DNA of 56,688 bases, counting the filler, from Dimargaris cristalligena (Eukaryota), in NCBI GenBank assembly GCA_003614675.1. It is 5 parts of 5 records of this genome, joined end to end, with 100 filler letters (N's around TTAATTAATTAA, not from the genome) between each part and the next. Parts side by side here need not be neighbours in the genome. Positions count along the whole stretch, not along the records: positions 11,459 to 22,765 come from ML003121.1; positions 22,866 to 34,120 come from ML003122.1; 3 more parts are not named here. One strand, written 5' to 3'. How positions within the stretch are numbered: the stretch's first letter is position 1; the number at the start of each line of letters is the position of its first letter. The notes beneath the pieces are model-generated. The model made no database searches and was not told the DNA's origin. It saw only the letters and a program-made list of their open reading frames with translations. Of the stretch, positions 13,483-25,793 are shown in pieces. The translations under genes and the position numbers were made by a program.

Positions 13483-14532
13483 CCTCCAAGCCATTTATTC
13501 AATAACAGGAGTTCCATCAACACATATACAAAAGCACTGGTGGTGGTGGGGCCAAATTCAATAGGTGATGCAGGGGGAGGGGTCCAGTATTGATTCACAT
13601 GCGCAGATTAAACAACCAGTATACTATAGTCCTTACCCGTTTCCAAAATATCTCGCGAACCAAACCAAATCGAATCAATACCAAAACCCACAGCGAAGCA
13701 GGTAAAACCGTTTATCATATGCCATACATCAATAAAAATGGGCCGGAAACAATCCATTTACTAATACGTCAATCAGTTACCGACTCACCTGCGATAAATA
13801 GTAGTACAATACAGCCTGTAATGCACACCATACTATCGCACGCTCTTACATCAGCACAAATTGGTTACTAAAAAACCACTACTTACTGGAATGGGGTCGG
13901 GCAGGTTACTAGAGAGCAAAAAGCAACGCACGGTTAGCTCAATGGGATCAAGAATCAAGGTAGAGTAGTGGTAACAAGCCAGGCACCAGCATAATGGATA
14001 TTTGTATATATCGTCATTTCACAATCAGCCGTAACACAAAAGATAACGTCAAAAACAAAACTAGCAATGATCGAATTCAAGCAATCTTTGGAGTGAATGA
14101 TCATCATATGGCGGTGATGAAACAAAAATAACAGTAACGGGAAGCGAAGAAGCGTGATAATTATTCTAGGGTTAGGCCAAATGGCAGTCGAGAGGGGTTA
14201 TGGGTAATGACTGGCACTAGCCATCCCCAAACGCAAACATCGGATGGGGATGCCTGATGCCCTCATATCGGCCTACACATTACCATGCAGGATGTCCGAT
14301 ATGGGATGAAATTCACTATGCCCAAGAGCAAGCGAAAGTCAAATAGATAATAGACAAATCCAGAAGAACGCACAACTGAACATAGTGAGGGGCAAAAAGC
14401 GAAGAAGGCAAAAGCAAACGAATCAATTGGGCATGTGGTGTAATAATTCAGCCGGATCAGTTTACAAAAAGGACATCATATTGAAGCCAGCTGCCCTATT
14501 TTCACTTTACCCACTATCGCAAACTGTCGTCT

Positions 14533-16590
14533 TTATTGCTGGTCCGGGCCCGGTCCAGCAGATGGGCCATTCTTGCCGCCCGCTGGGTCGGAGGCTCCGC
14601 TACCATCGCCACCCTGGGGGTAATACCCTTGGTAGTAGGAGGCGTACTGCGGGTACATTTGGGCGTACTGTTGGTAGTATCCTGCGTATTGTTCGGGAGT
14701 ATAATTGCTCGTATCGGGGGCTCCGCTCGCCGGGGGGGCTGCACCGGGAGCAGCCCCGCCGGCTTGGGCGCCGTAGTAGTAGGAGGCATAGTTGGGGTCG
14801 TAGTAGCCGGGGTAGGCCTGCGCCCCACCAGAGTTCGCTTTTTGATCACCGTAGCCCCCAGACTGGCTGTAGGGATCGGAAGCGTAACTGCTGCCGCCAC
14901 CACTGCGTTGGTCACCATACCGACCACCACGATTCTATAATAGACCAACATGATATAAGGCAAAGTAAGGGAATGTGTGGTGAGTAAAATTAGTTCAAGT
15001 GAGTTGATCAGCTAGTAAAATAGTACCTAAACCATCCACAGGGATATCTAGAAACTCGGTAAAAAGAAATGAAGCTTTAGAAGTCTAATATATTACCAGA
15101 AGGGGGGGTAGACTTACATTAGAGGACGCAATCTTTTCATTAATGAGTTCACGGGCGTGGGCCACGCGATCGGGCTGGCCTTCCAACACCACCTCCCGGG
15201 AGGAATCCGGGGCAGGGTTCGAAACCTGGTCCAGTTGGATGCGGCAGCCGGCCTGCTGTTGCAGAGCACGAATGGTATCACCCCGCCGTCCGATGATAAG
15301 TCCGACATAGTTTTGGGAGATGGTCATGACTTCGCGGTAACCACCACCGCCACCACCAGAGTGCGAGTTATATCCACCCGGGCCACCCTGCGAAGGACGC
15401 GGGGCAAACTCCTGGCTAAGAATTTCTTCAATGAGACTACGCGCTTCGTGGACCCGCTCCTCGTCACCGGTAATGGTGGCGGGACGTTCATTGGTCTCCG
15501 GATCAGTGGCATGCTCGGGGGCGATAAAAATCTTGGTGTTGGTCTGGTTCTGCAGGTCCCGGATACGCTCACCGCCACGACCAATAACGCGGCCCAACTT
15601 ATGCGTGGGCAGGGTGAAATTGAGGGTGAATGCGTTGGGGTCCGCCGAATCGGCCCCACCGGCGGGAGGTACGCCATCCGGTCCGGGGCCGGCACCTTGA
15701 CCATTGTACTGGGCACTGAAGTTCAGGCGCTCTTCGGCGCCACGTACATTATTCAAAATGGCCTCCTTCGCCCGTTCCATATCCTCGGGTACATTGCCGT
15801 AGATGGTAATATCGCGCACCGTGTCCTCGGGGGCAAAGTCCTGGCTGGCCCGAACCCGCACCTGATATTCACGTTCAATGCGTTTGAGTGACTCTCCACC
15901 ACGGCCAATGACGAACCCAATGTGACGCATAGGCACCTGGAACTTGATCTCCGGGGCGGAGAATTCGGCGGGATTATAGCCTTGTCCAGGGCCACCGCTG
16001 TAGGGGGGACGGTAGTCGCCGTGACCGCCCATGGGCGGTGGACCACCCGGCCCACCGGTGGTGTCAATGGCGTAGCCCCCTCCTCCCGACGAGGGATAAG
16101 GGCGGGAGTCGTAACCGCCGTGGTCCCGGCGACTGGCCGACCGGGAGCGAGACCGCGACCGCGACCAAGCGCGCGAGCGGTGGGGAGGGGAACGGGAACG
16201 CCGGTAGGGCGAACGCGAACGGCGCCGGTCGGAGGAGTGGTTGCGGTGGGAGCTTGGGGAACGGGATCGTCTACGCGCGGAGTCCTGTGGTACGTAGGAA
16301 TCTGGCTGGGGGGAGTACCGGTGGTTCAGTGGGGGAGACGAAGGGCCCCCGGCCCGGCCGTTGCCATTGGTCCCGTCGGCTTCCTCCCAAGGCTGCCGTT
16401 GGGAAGAGGAGGCCTCGGGAGATTGGGGTTCACCTGCGGGCGGGCCACCAACAAGGCTACTGGGGTTGATTTTAGGAGTGGCGTTGAATTTGGCCACGAT
16501 GCTACGGGCCTTTTCCATGGCCAGTTGGTATTCGGTCTTGCCCTCCTCCTGGGGTTGGGGCGATGAGGGTTGTGAGCTGTAGTCGGCCAT
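14533..16590 (-). CDS. KH-domain RNA-binding protein, FUBP/KSRP/PSI-like; exons 16590-15118 and 14934-14533
   Basis: RS-rich N-terminal region and three KH GxxG loops (IGRGGES, IGRGGER, IGRRGDT). AAT|gtaagt..ttatag|AAT intron leads to a Tyr-rich tail (YTPEQYAGYYQQYAQMYPQYASYYQ) ending TAA at 14533. Confidence 0.9.
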
Positions 16591-19314
16591 ACTGCAAAGC
16601 GTGGACTGTCCCAAAGGTAGAATAAGCGCTGGCCGTGGAACTGGGAACGTAGGGCAGGATCCTAAGGAAATAGGAAGGGCGAATAATAAATCTGTGGAAT
16701 GATTAGGGAGAGTGGGATCTCTAACGACGTCTGAATGTCCCGATAAATGCCACTTAAGTGTAATAGTTCTTGAAATACCAAACTGTAAGAGCTGAGAAAA
16801 TGGGGAAAAGAAAAAGAACCTAAGTCATTGTTGAGAGTCGGCCCAGTCTAGTTGAACCGCCAGAGGTAAGGTGAATAGCATAGAGAGGGGAGCCCTCCAC
16901 AGCCAATATTACACACGCGCCTTTTTTCAGCAAAAAATGCAATATGCCAACCTAACCTCACACACTATACGCTTCTTCTCCCTTACCAGCATACATTGAT
17001 CATTAAAGCCATCACGGGACGTCTCAGAGGGAGTGGCTCTGTCTCTCTCCTTTTTGGTACTTTTATATCCACCCATGTGTGTGATGATTCCACAGCCTTC
17101 CAGGAAACTAATATGGGAGAAAAAGCTTCCCTAATTCTTGTGTATTTCACCCGCCGCCACTAGACGACATAGTGAGATTGGTGGGGAGGTCCAGAGCTAG
17201 CCGGATTTTTTTTTAGGCCAAGGAAAGGGACCTGAGTATTTTCGGGGGCCTTGGTGGCAGTACAAATACCCCTTCCCAAGCTGACCGCCTGGGTTGGTTC
17301 CGTAGCGTACTCCTTAAGTCCTCTAGCATAGATCATTTCCGCCCACCGTATTCCCGTCGTCGCATAATCACTCAACCAGGTAATGTCTCACTTCTCGTTG
17401 CCGGGGGCTTCCTGTTCCGTAAGCTCATTGTCGCCTGCGTTGCCGGTACCTCTGGTGATCGGGCCGGGGGAGGTTCTTTGTCGGCTGATTGACTGTCGTG
17501 TGTCTTACCTTGCGTGTGGGGTATAAACCGGGAGTGGTCTACTAGCCTATCGCTGGTGATTGCTTGAGATCGAGTCATAAGTGCGCGAGAGTAACCCTCG
17601 CAGTCTGTTGGCCCGGGTGGGGTGGATCTGTTCTAGATTCACTCCACCCACCTTGCCAGCTTTGCACCCAGTGTCACCGGCCTGGCCCACTTGTGGGCTT
17701 ATACGTGCCCAACCCGGTCTTTTCAGCCGGCCCTCCTGTATCCCTTCTGGAAAGAAGGGGCACCGGGTGGGTAGTGGTTGGGCTGACTTGTACCGGATGA
17801 CTGGATACATTCTTTCCTTTAGAATATATAGATCATGATGATATGTTATTAATAAAAATGCAGTTGCACCTTAATTTACTATTCGTATGTTCGAAGATTT
17901 CGGCCCGTCTGTTTTGGTATATTTGAATTAACGATACTGCGAATCGCCACACACGCTTTACCTTCATTTTTTCAGGGGTGCTTTTCTTTTAACCGGTACG
18001 CTTTGGATACTAGGGAATCAATACCTCTAACTATACCTTTTTACAATTCCTCGATTTCATTGAGTTTGGTGTTGAAATGGATCAAGATGTCGCAGCTATG
18101 GGCAATGGAACATATAGGCGAAGGTTATCGACGATTTATAGGTAACAATCCTTCCAGTGACATCAACCTCGTTAGTAGAGTGGATTGTGCGGGCTATATC
18201 GAGAGGCGCCATTGCCAGCCCAACCCCTATTATCCAAGTTCCCGAGGAAATGCTGGTGTCTTCAAAAGGGCAAATAGGGGTGGTGGTGGGAATATACATT
18301 TATGTGCAGGTGTAATTTACTTGACAACTGCCAATCATTTTTGTAGTCATGACCAACGACGCCCTTATTCAGTGATGTCATTTACGGGATTGCATCCAAT
18401 ACGGAATGGACGCAGGTTAATCGATCAGCAAAGTTTGCAAAGATATATTGCATTTGTCTGCGCTTGCCAGAAGGCTGGCCCTATATCGGGACTATCGTGG
18501 TCAGTCTATTACGGCCCAATCTTAATTATTGCCCAATTTGTACATTTTCTGGCCATTTTGGGCTTGTATAACCCTCCTCCAATTCATTAGCCCTAATGAG
18601 GTGTTGTCTGACAATCAGCGTATAGCAATGGTTCGCATATATTTAGAGGAGTCGGCCTAACTTACGAGGGGGGGGGTTGAAAAGCCTTTGGTTAACACTG
18701 CCCCCCTCCCTGCTATCGAATACTTCCCGATAACTGCAGACTGATCACAACGGTTCGCAGAATCGCAATGTTGGAAATAATAGGGGGGAACCGCGAAGTC
18801 TTGGCACTGGGGTGGACCATTGAACCGGCGCCTAGTGGAAAACAGTGGGTGCCAAGCACTCTGCATCAGTCAGGCGGGGAGAGCTGTTGGGAGTGTGAGA
18901 TGTGCCGAACCACAAAAGTCGACCATGCTTTGGCGAAGTGGTTTCTTTTTTAGCCCATAATATTACAGCGGTCCGACCCAGTACCACGGTGCGGATAAAA
19001 GGAACCTTGTCGGAGTATTATGGGGTTTCAAGTCAGAGTTAAACCTTGCCTAGGGCTAAGGTGTGACGCGCGGTGCGAGTGCGAGTATGGACGGAAGAGC
19101 GAAAGGGAGAGTGAAAATATCATCCGCTGGCCTGGGATTTACCTATTATACCAAACCACACCCCCATTCGGGAGGGTTTCGTATTGCATATGGTCAGGTG
19201 AAACTGAGTCTCAAAGGTGGCTGTATGCGTGGATGATGGTAGACTAATAGTCCTCGGCCCGGCGGAAGCTGGTCTCTTTCCCTCCTGCTCATTTCCCTCT
19301 TATTTTTAACCGTT

Positions 19315-19351
19315 GAACTGAACCTGAACCTGAACCTGAACCTGAGCCGAG
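19315..19351. repeat. (CTGAAC)n hexamer tandem repeat upstream of the PLD gene
   Basis: ctgaacctgaacctgaacctgaacctgagccgagcc seen directly. Confidence 0.85.
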
Positions 19352-19691
19352 CCTTAGCGTGTGTGTGTGTGTTTCTTCGTTCGCTGTAGCTCTTGCGTCT
19401 GCTCCTTATAGCAGCCCCTGCTCGTCATTAGGGCTCCTGTACTTCTTGTTTGTACAATATATATGTTTGCCTTGGTCCACTAAGTGCTGTGCGCCTCGTC
19501 AACCCACACAGCCGCCTTCAATCTCTAGTTTAATCTACCTAGTCCCGAACCTTCGTGAGGGTCTGTCTGCAGTCCATATACCCCCCCTTCCCCCTCGCCC
19601 ACCCAGGTCAATTCACTCCGTCCGTCCACCCGTGTGTTCGATAGTTTCCTACCCACCCGGTTGATTCACAAGCCCACTTAGTGTATTTCTC

Positions 19692-22600
19692 ATGGCAACC
19701 GTCATACCAGCCGGGACCGTGCCCGGGGAGCTTCCCCCGCCTCTTTCCGAGAAACCCCAACCTTCTCCACCGGGTCCTTCGCGCCAGTCCCTCCCCAACC
19801 CAATAGCCGCCTGGACCAACAATAAGTAAGTCGCCCGGTGATAATTACATGCTGTGCTTTCCTTCACTCAACAGGCATTTCTGCGGGCGTTGCGTCAGAT
19901 TGTTGGTTTTGATGATTATTATCCGGGCCTCCCTCGTGTTTCCATTCCAATTTCTTGAGGGACCTGCGGGATGCTACGCTGGCGGGTTGTTTCCCACCCA
20001 TGTTTACTACTGGCAGGCCTACTTACATATTAGCCCATTCCCGAAGGCGAGTTGGTCTCAGCTTTGCCCACCCCTCCCCCTTAGCCAATCCACCTTGTTC
20101 AAATTAATTGCTAAGGATATCACAGCTAGCTAGTTGATGGGGCCGACCCATTCATTCGATCCCCGTGGCCTTTATCTACCCTGGTTTTGCCCAAGGAAGT
20201 GTGCCGACTCCTCCGGCCCTGTCAAGATCATCTAGGCCAAAGGCTCCCTTCCCCGCCAACCTGTGGGCCATGACGCTTCAGGGGCGTCCTTAAATTTACC
20301 CCTTTCCTAATTCCCCTACTATTGGTTATTAGGTGCTTGCGACTTGCCTAATCTTATGATTGGTCGTATGTTTCCGGGGGAGAGGGGACGCGTGTTGGAT
20401 GTGGAGCAGGAGCAGGAGAGGGAAAAGGGTCAGTTGTTGGCAGCAAGGCAAAAAATACACAAAGCAGCGAACAGGGAATAAACCAAGCCAGAGCCAAAGC
20501 GGTCCAGGAAGTATAAGGCTGTGCATGTACATAGAGTGGCATCATCTGTCTACAGTTACTTCGATTGGCCTTTCACTAAAACCCCTTGTTGACATCAATC
20601 CTTATCCTTTTCCGTAGATTCCGAAATCGTGAAAAGTTACCCCATGACCACGGGTCCGACACCCCTCCCCAAGAGTCCCGTCGCAAATCCTCCGTTATTG
20701 AACTTTCCAATTTATGGCGGAGCGGGGCCCACCATCCGAAACACCATCCCTCCCAGCCCCACTTAGGCGGCGGGGCTGAAGACGACGGGTCATCTAACTC
20801 CAACCAGCGCGAAGAGCGACCCCCCATGCCTCGCACCTATTCGTCCCGGAGTCATGAGGGCAATCGTGCCTCCCCCGCCCCATCAACTACCCCTCGCCGC
20901 AAATCCGCCACGAATTGGTCTCAGGCCATAGCCAACCTCCGGCAACGGGGTCACTCTACCCCTCCCGCCAGTATCCATCGTGGCAGCCAATCCAACGGGC
21001 CCGCTCCCGGTTCCAGCCGGAATCGTATCCGGCAAAGCCTCCAGCGGGCTGTACGCAAGGCCAACGCCTTCCGCAGCGGCTCCCAGAATACCCGTCTCCG
21101 GCGTATGAAGGCCGTCAACAACCACCATAGCGTGTTCCCCTTATTAGGCAGTGCCATGGCCGTCCCGATTTATTTCCTCCAACGGGACGAGAAGGGCCAC
21201 AAGTCCCCGCCTATCATCTGGCAGGCTATGCGGCTATCCATCAGCGACTCCGACGTTACCCATGAGCAACAGTCGTACTTCACGTTTCGGATCGAACTCG
21301 AATACGGTGATGTCAAGTGGATCGTCTATCGCCGCTATTCCGAGTTTCTCCGACTCCACTATCTATTGACCCTCAAGTACTATCAGGGCAAAATCCCCGA
21401 ACTACCCAGTTTACCGAGTCAAGTCAATTACGCCATGGAGAAGGCCAAGATTTACCATTCGGAGCAGGAGCGGGCCCGCCGTATCCAACAGGCGGCCCTG
21501 ACCCGCCGGGCGGCCCTCGAGGACTACCTAATCTCACTACTGCGGGTAATGAATATGCACCACTCGTTCGAGTTGTGTGCTTTTTTGGAACTAAGCGCCG
21601 TGTCCATTACCAAAGACCTCGGTTGGAAGGGCAAGGAGGGGTTCTTGGATCAAAAGATCGAGCAACTGAATTCCAACGGCTGCCTTGCCATGTTTCGCCG
21701 TGGCCGTTGGCGACCCAAGTGGCTTCTCGTGCGCGATTCATTTGTGGCCCTATGCAACACCTTGGGCGACTCATACCCCAGCGATGTCTTCTTGGCTGAT
21801 CCCAAATTCGAGGTTCTGCAGTATCACACCCCTTTGGGCCATAACCCCTTGCATCCCTATCGACTATCGATCAGTAACCAAAACCGGCGGATTGAGTTGC
21901 GCGGCGAGAATTCCCGCCAGATGCAGGAGTGGTACAATAGCTTCCAGCATATCAAGACCCAGTCCCCATGGGCCCAGCCGCATCGTTTCGCATCCTTCGC
22001 ACCCATCCGTGATAATACCCACACTTGCTGGTATGTGGACGGCGAGCAGTATTTCCATGCCGTCTCGGAGGCCATTCTGCACGCGCGCGAAACGATTTTC
22101 ATCGCGGACTGGTGGCTTAGTCCCGACCTGTACCTCCGTCGGCCCCCGGCGGAGCACGAGGAGTTCCGTATTGATCGCCTACTCTACCGCAAGGCCGAAG
22201 AGGGCGTGGAAATTTACATTGTCATGTACAAGGAGGTTACCGTGTCGTTGCCTCTGTCTTCCCTCTACACCAAAAAGGCCCTGCGTTCCCTACACCCCAA
22301 TATCCACGTTCAGCGTCACCCCGACCATGTCCCTGGGGGTGTTTTCTACTGGGCTCATCATGAAAAGATTGTCGTTGTGGACTCTAACATGGCCTTTATC
22401 GGGGGACTGGACTTGTGCTACGGACGGTTCGACACCCATACCCACCGTCTAGCCGATTACACCCCCCTGGTCAACCGGACCCACGGTGAAGGAGAGGAGC
22501 CCATTCTGCCGTTCATGTTCCCGGGCCAGGACTACAACAACGCCCGTATCAAGGACTTTTTGAACGTGGACAAGATGTTTTACCCACTTATTCCTCGCGA

Positions 22601-22765
22601 ACGGGCGCCTCGCATGCCCTGGCACGATGTCCACATGGGCATGATAGGTGACGCCGCCCGTGATGTGGCCCGTCATTTTATCGAACGTTGGAATTTCGTC
22701 AAAGTCAGTAAGGCCTCCCAGCGCTCGTCACTGCCGCTTCTGATGCCCATGGGTGATTCAAATGC
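19692..22765 (+). CDS. SPO14: Phospholipase D1 (PX-PH-HKD), 3'-truncated by the contig end; exons 19692-19825 and 20618-22765
   Basis: PX (RRYSEFLRLH), PH region, IADWWLSP, first HKD motif HHEKIVVVD, GGLDLCYGRFD, PRMPWHDVH. Phase-2 intron AA|gtaagt..ccgtag|A joins the upstream ATG exon in frame. Confidence 0.95.
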
Positions 22766-22865
22766 NNNNNNNNNNNNNNNNNNNNNNNNNNNNNNNNNNN
22801 NNNNNNNNNTTAATTAATTAANNNNNNNNNNNNNNNNNNNNNNNNNNNNNNNNNNNNNNNNNNNN
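22766..22865. other. Artificial contig linker
   Basis: 100-nt N block with TTAATTAATTAA. Confidence 0.99.
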
Positions 22866-22954
22866 TACTAGCTAAAAATAAACATCCCACCGATTTTCCC
22901 ATATACACATATAATGTAAACCCTTATACAACCGAGTTGAACTTCACCCATATG
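22866..22954. mobile_element. Partial MITE-like copy at the contig start
   Basis: TTTTCCCATATACACATATAATGTAAACCCTTATACAACCGAGTTGAACTTCACCCATAT matches the family. Confidence 0.75.
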
Positions 22955-24154
22955 GAGAGTTTTGCTAGCGGGTTGGCGAGTCCCGACAGATATAGAATAA
23001 TGCCTAGGCTGATACTTAAGAGAAATATATAAAATGGAAGAACTGCTATTAAAATACAACAATACCAAGCGCTTGGACAAATAGAAAAAGGTAGGTATGG
23101 CCGAAATATTCACATATGCGAATGCATAATAGATATATAGTTCACTTCCACGTGGTATCCAAATTCCCTATACAGTGAAATCCTGTGGCAGAACCCCCCA
23201 AGGCGATCCACACACTTTAATACACCGACTGAACGGACATTTAAGCTCTGGCCACGCATGTAAGTCCTAAGTAAGGTGGGGGAAGGATCCTCCCTGCGGG
23301 GTTCCCAGGCAGTTTTAAATGTGGACCTGAGAAGGAAAATTACGACAAGCGTATTTACCACTGTTGTCGCAATGGCCATACATTATAATTTAGGGGAGTT
23401 GGGTTCACATTCCGGAACTGTACCCAAACCCGTTAGCCAATGAAAATTGCTCGACAGTTTGAGGGAATTTCAGTGAATGATCGCTTTTTTCAGGACCAAC
23501 TCCATCACGCACACCGGCAAGTGCCCGTACTGCATTTCCTCGCCAGCATACTAGGCGAGATTGCCTGGGATGATATATAGTTTAAATTAAGGGGTGCGTA
23601 TGCCCACGCCCTCGGTTTTCCACACCCACCCGCCATGCTGGCTTAAAGCAGCATTATCCCCGCTTGGTGTTCACCATTTGCTTATTTCCCAAAGCAGTGT
23701 TAACCAGGACTATGAGTGAGCATAGTCCCAGCGGTGAAAGGCAGGATAGAGGCACTGCGAGTCGGGACCAAAATGGGCATTGGTAGCAGCTGCAGTCCTT
23801 CTAGAAGTAATTGTGTGCTGATTATACCCAGGCACCACTCCCCATTTGCCTTCCTTTATAACCGAGGCCAAGTCCTCGCCCATTTCTACCCACATTCCGA
23901 GGTTTTATTTTATTTAATTGTATTTAATTTTTTTAACAAAAAGCAACCCGCCGTACATTAGTTAGTCACGCTTAACTTATCCACCTATCTCCGTTACTAC
24001 ACACCTGGTATAATTGTTACACCGATATTTATTATATTTATGGGTCAGATATATTTATAGCTGAGCTTTGCGGACTACTTTCCCTTTGGCTGTATGCCTC
24101 ACACCCTCCACGTCCGCCTAGGTGAATTGCGGGATTCCCCCTCATTTGAAGAAC

Positions 24155-25793
24155 ATGACCCAGCTCACTTATGTCAAGGCCCTGCTCGGCCTGGGACTAA
24201 TCGTTGGAATCATTCACCTCATTCTCCTAAGTCCCCTGACCACCGAGGTCAACCTCGGCACTAAACCCGGACCTGCCACCCCCCTGGCCCCCGATCGTAG
24301 TAGTAGTGGTGAGGCATTGGCCAGGGCCGGCGAAATCCCCCTCCTGGATTTCAAAACCCAGTCGTATTTTTCGTACCCCTCCGAAGCCTGGTCCCTCAAC
24401 ACTACCACGGTCTTGACTCACCACCACCCCCCACCGGGCCCGCGCGCCAAGGCGTGTTTCGTTATCCTCGTCCGCAACAAGGAAATCCACTCGTTAAGAT
24501 ATAGCATCCAGCAGCTGGAGGACCGGTTCAATCACCGCTACCATTACCCGTATGTGATTCTCAACGACGAGCCGATTACGCCGATATTTAAGCGGTATTT
24601 AAGTCGAATCGTTAGTGGAAATATAACATTTGGGGTGGTGCCGGAGGAGCATTGGTCGTATCCGCCGTGGATTAACCAGCAGAAGGCGGCCATCGCCCGG
24701 GTGAAAATGCGCAATATCATCTATGGAGGTAGCGAGTCGTATCGTCATATGTGTCGGTAAGTGGGAGTGTAGTTTTGTCGTTTATGCCAAGCCAAGTCCA
24801 CCCCAAGGGCTCTTTTAACAGGAGAGATGTAATGGCACGTCTTTTATATATATATATATATATATATTTGCACTATGGACATGTACAGTGGATCCTAAAT
24901 AGCACTGGGTGGGAGAAAAGTACTTGGAAGTGTGACCTAGTGTTTACTACGACTTTACTGCAACACCCCCGCGTGTCAAGGAAGTTGCAAAACGACCCCA
25001 TATTCCACCTTCAGCATTGACTAATGGAATGGGTCGCGCATAACCCCTTTGGCTGGGTCTATCTGCGTTTTTTTTTATAACACCGTTACTCCGAATGAAC
25101 AGATTCAACTCGGGATTTTTTTACCGCCACCCCTTAATGGCCGACTACGATTACTACTGGCGGGTCGAGCCGGGGGTTCAATTCACCTGTGAAGTCGATT
25201 ACGACCCCTTTGTCTATATGCAGGAACGCAAACTCAAATACGGCTTCGCTATTTCCATGAAGGAAATCCCCCCGACCGTCACGACTCTCTGGGCCACCAC
25301 CCAGCAATTCATGCGGGAACATCGCCACCTCATACCATCCGACAATACCCTAGCCTGGGTGGCGGAACCCGTGGTTACTTCGGCCACCACCCCAGCCGAC
25401 GACGAAGAGCTGAAGAAACGTAGCACTTACAATATGTGTCATTTCTGGTCGAATTTCGAAATAGCCAGTTTGGCTTTTTACCGATCCCCGGAGTATCAGG
25501 CGTACTTTGATTATTTGGATCGGGCGGGCGGGTTTTTCTACGAGCGGTGGGGTGATGCGCCGGTCCATTCTCTGGCGGCGGCCATGTTTTTACAGAAGGA
25601 CGAAATCCATTGGTTCCACGATATTGGCTATATCCACGGGGGGATTGCCAATTGCCCCATTGACCCGAAATTAAACTACGACAAGTGCTTCTGTAGTCCG
25701 GTGGTCAGTTCGTACTATTCGAGCTTTTCGTGTACCAAAGAGTTCGAGAAACTGGATCCTACGAAACCGCTCAATGTGGACGATATTATATAA
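24155..25793 (+). CDS. Alpha-1,2-mannosyltransferase, KRE2/MNT1/KTR family (GT15); exons 24155-24756 and 25103-25793
   Basis: Type II TM anchor, LVRN, EDRFN, ESYRHMCR|FNSGFF, YYWRVEP, CHFWSNFEI, GGFFYERWGDAPVHS. The CG|gtaagt..acag|A intron is in phase. Confidence 0.96.

Noticed and set aside
17160-18600. Possible decayed retroelement or gene (LRNRKPP..WLSDY-like fragments; 195-aa ORF)
   Set aside because: No RT, integrase or other diagnostic motif.
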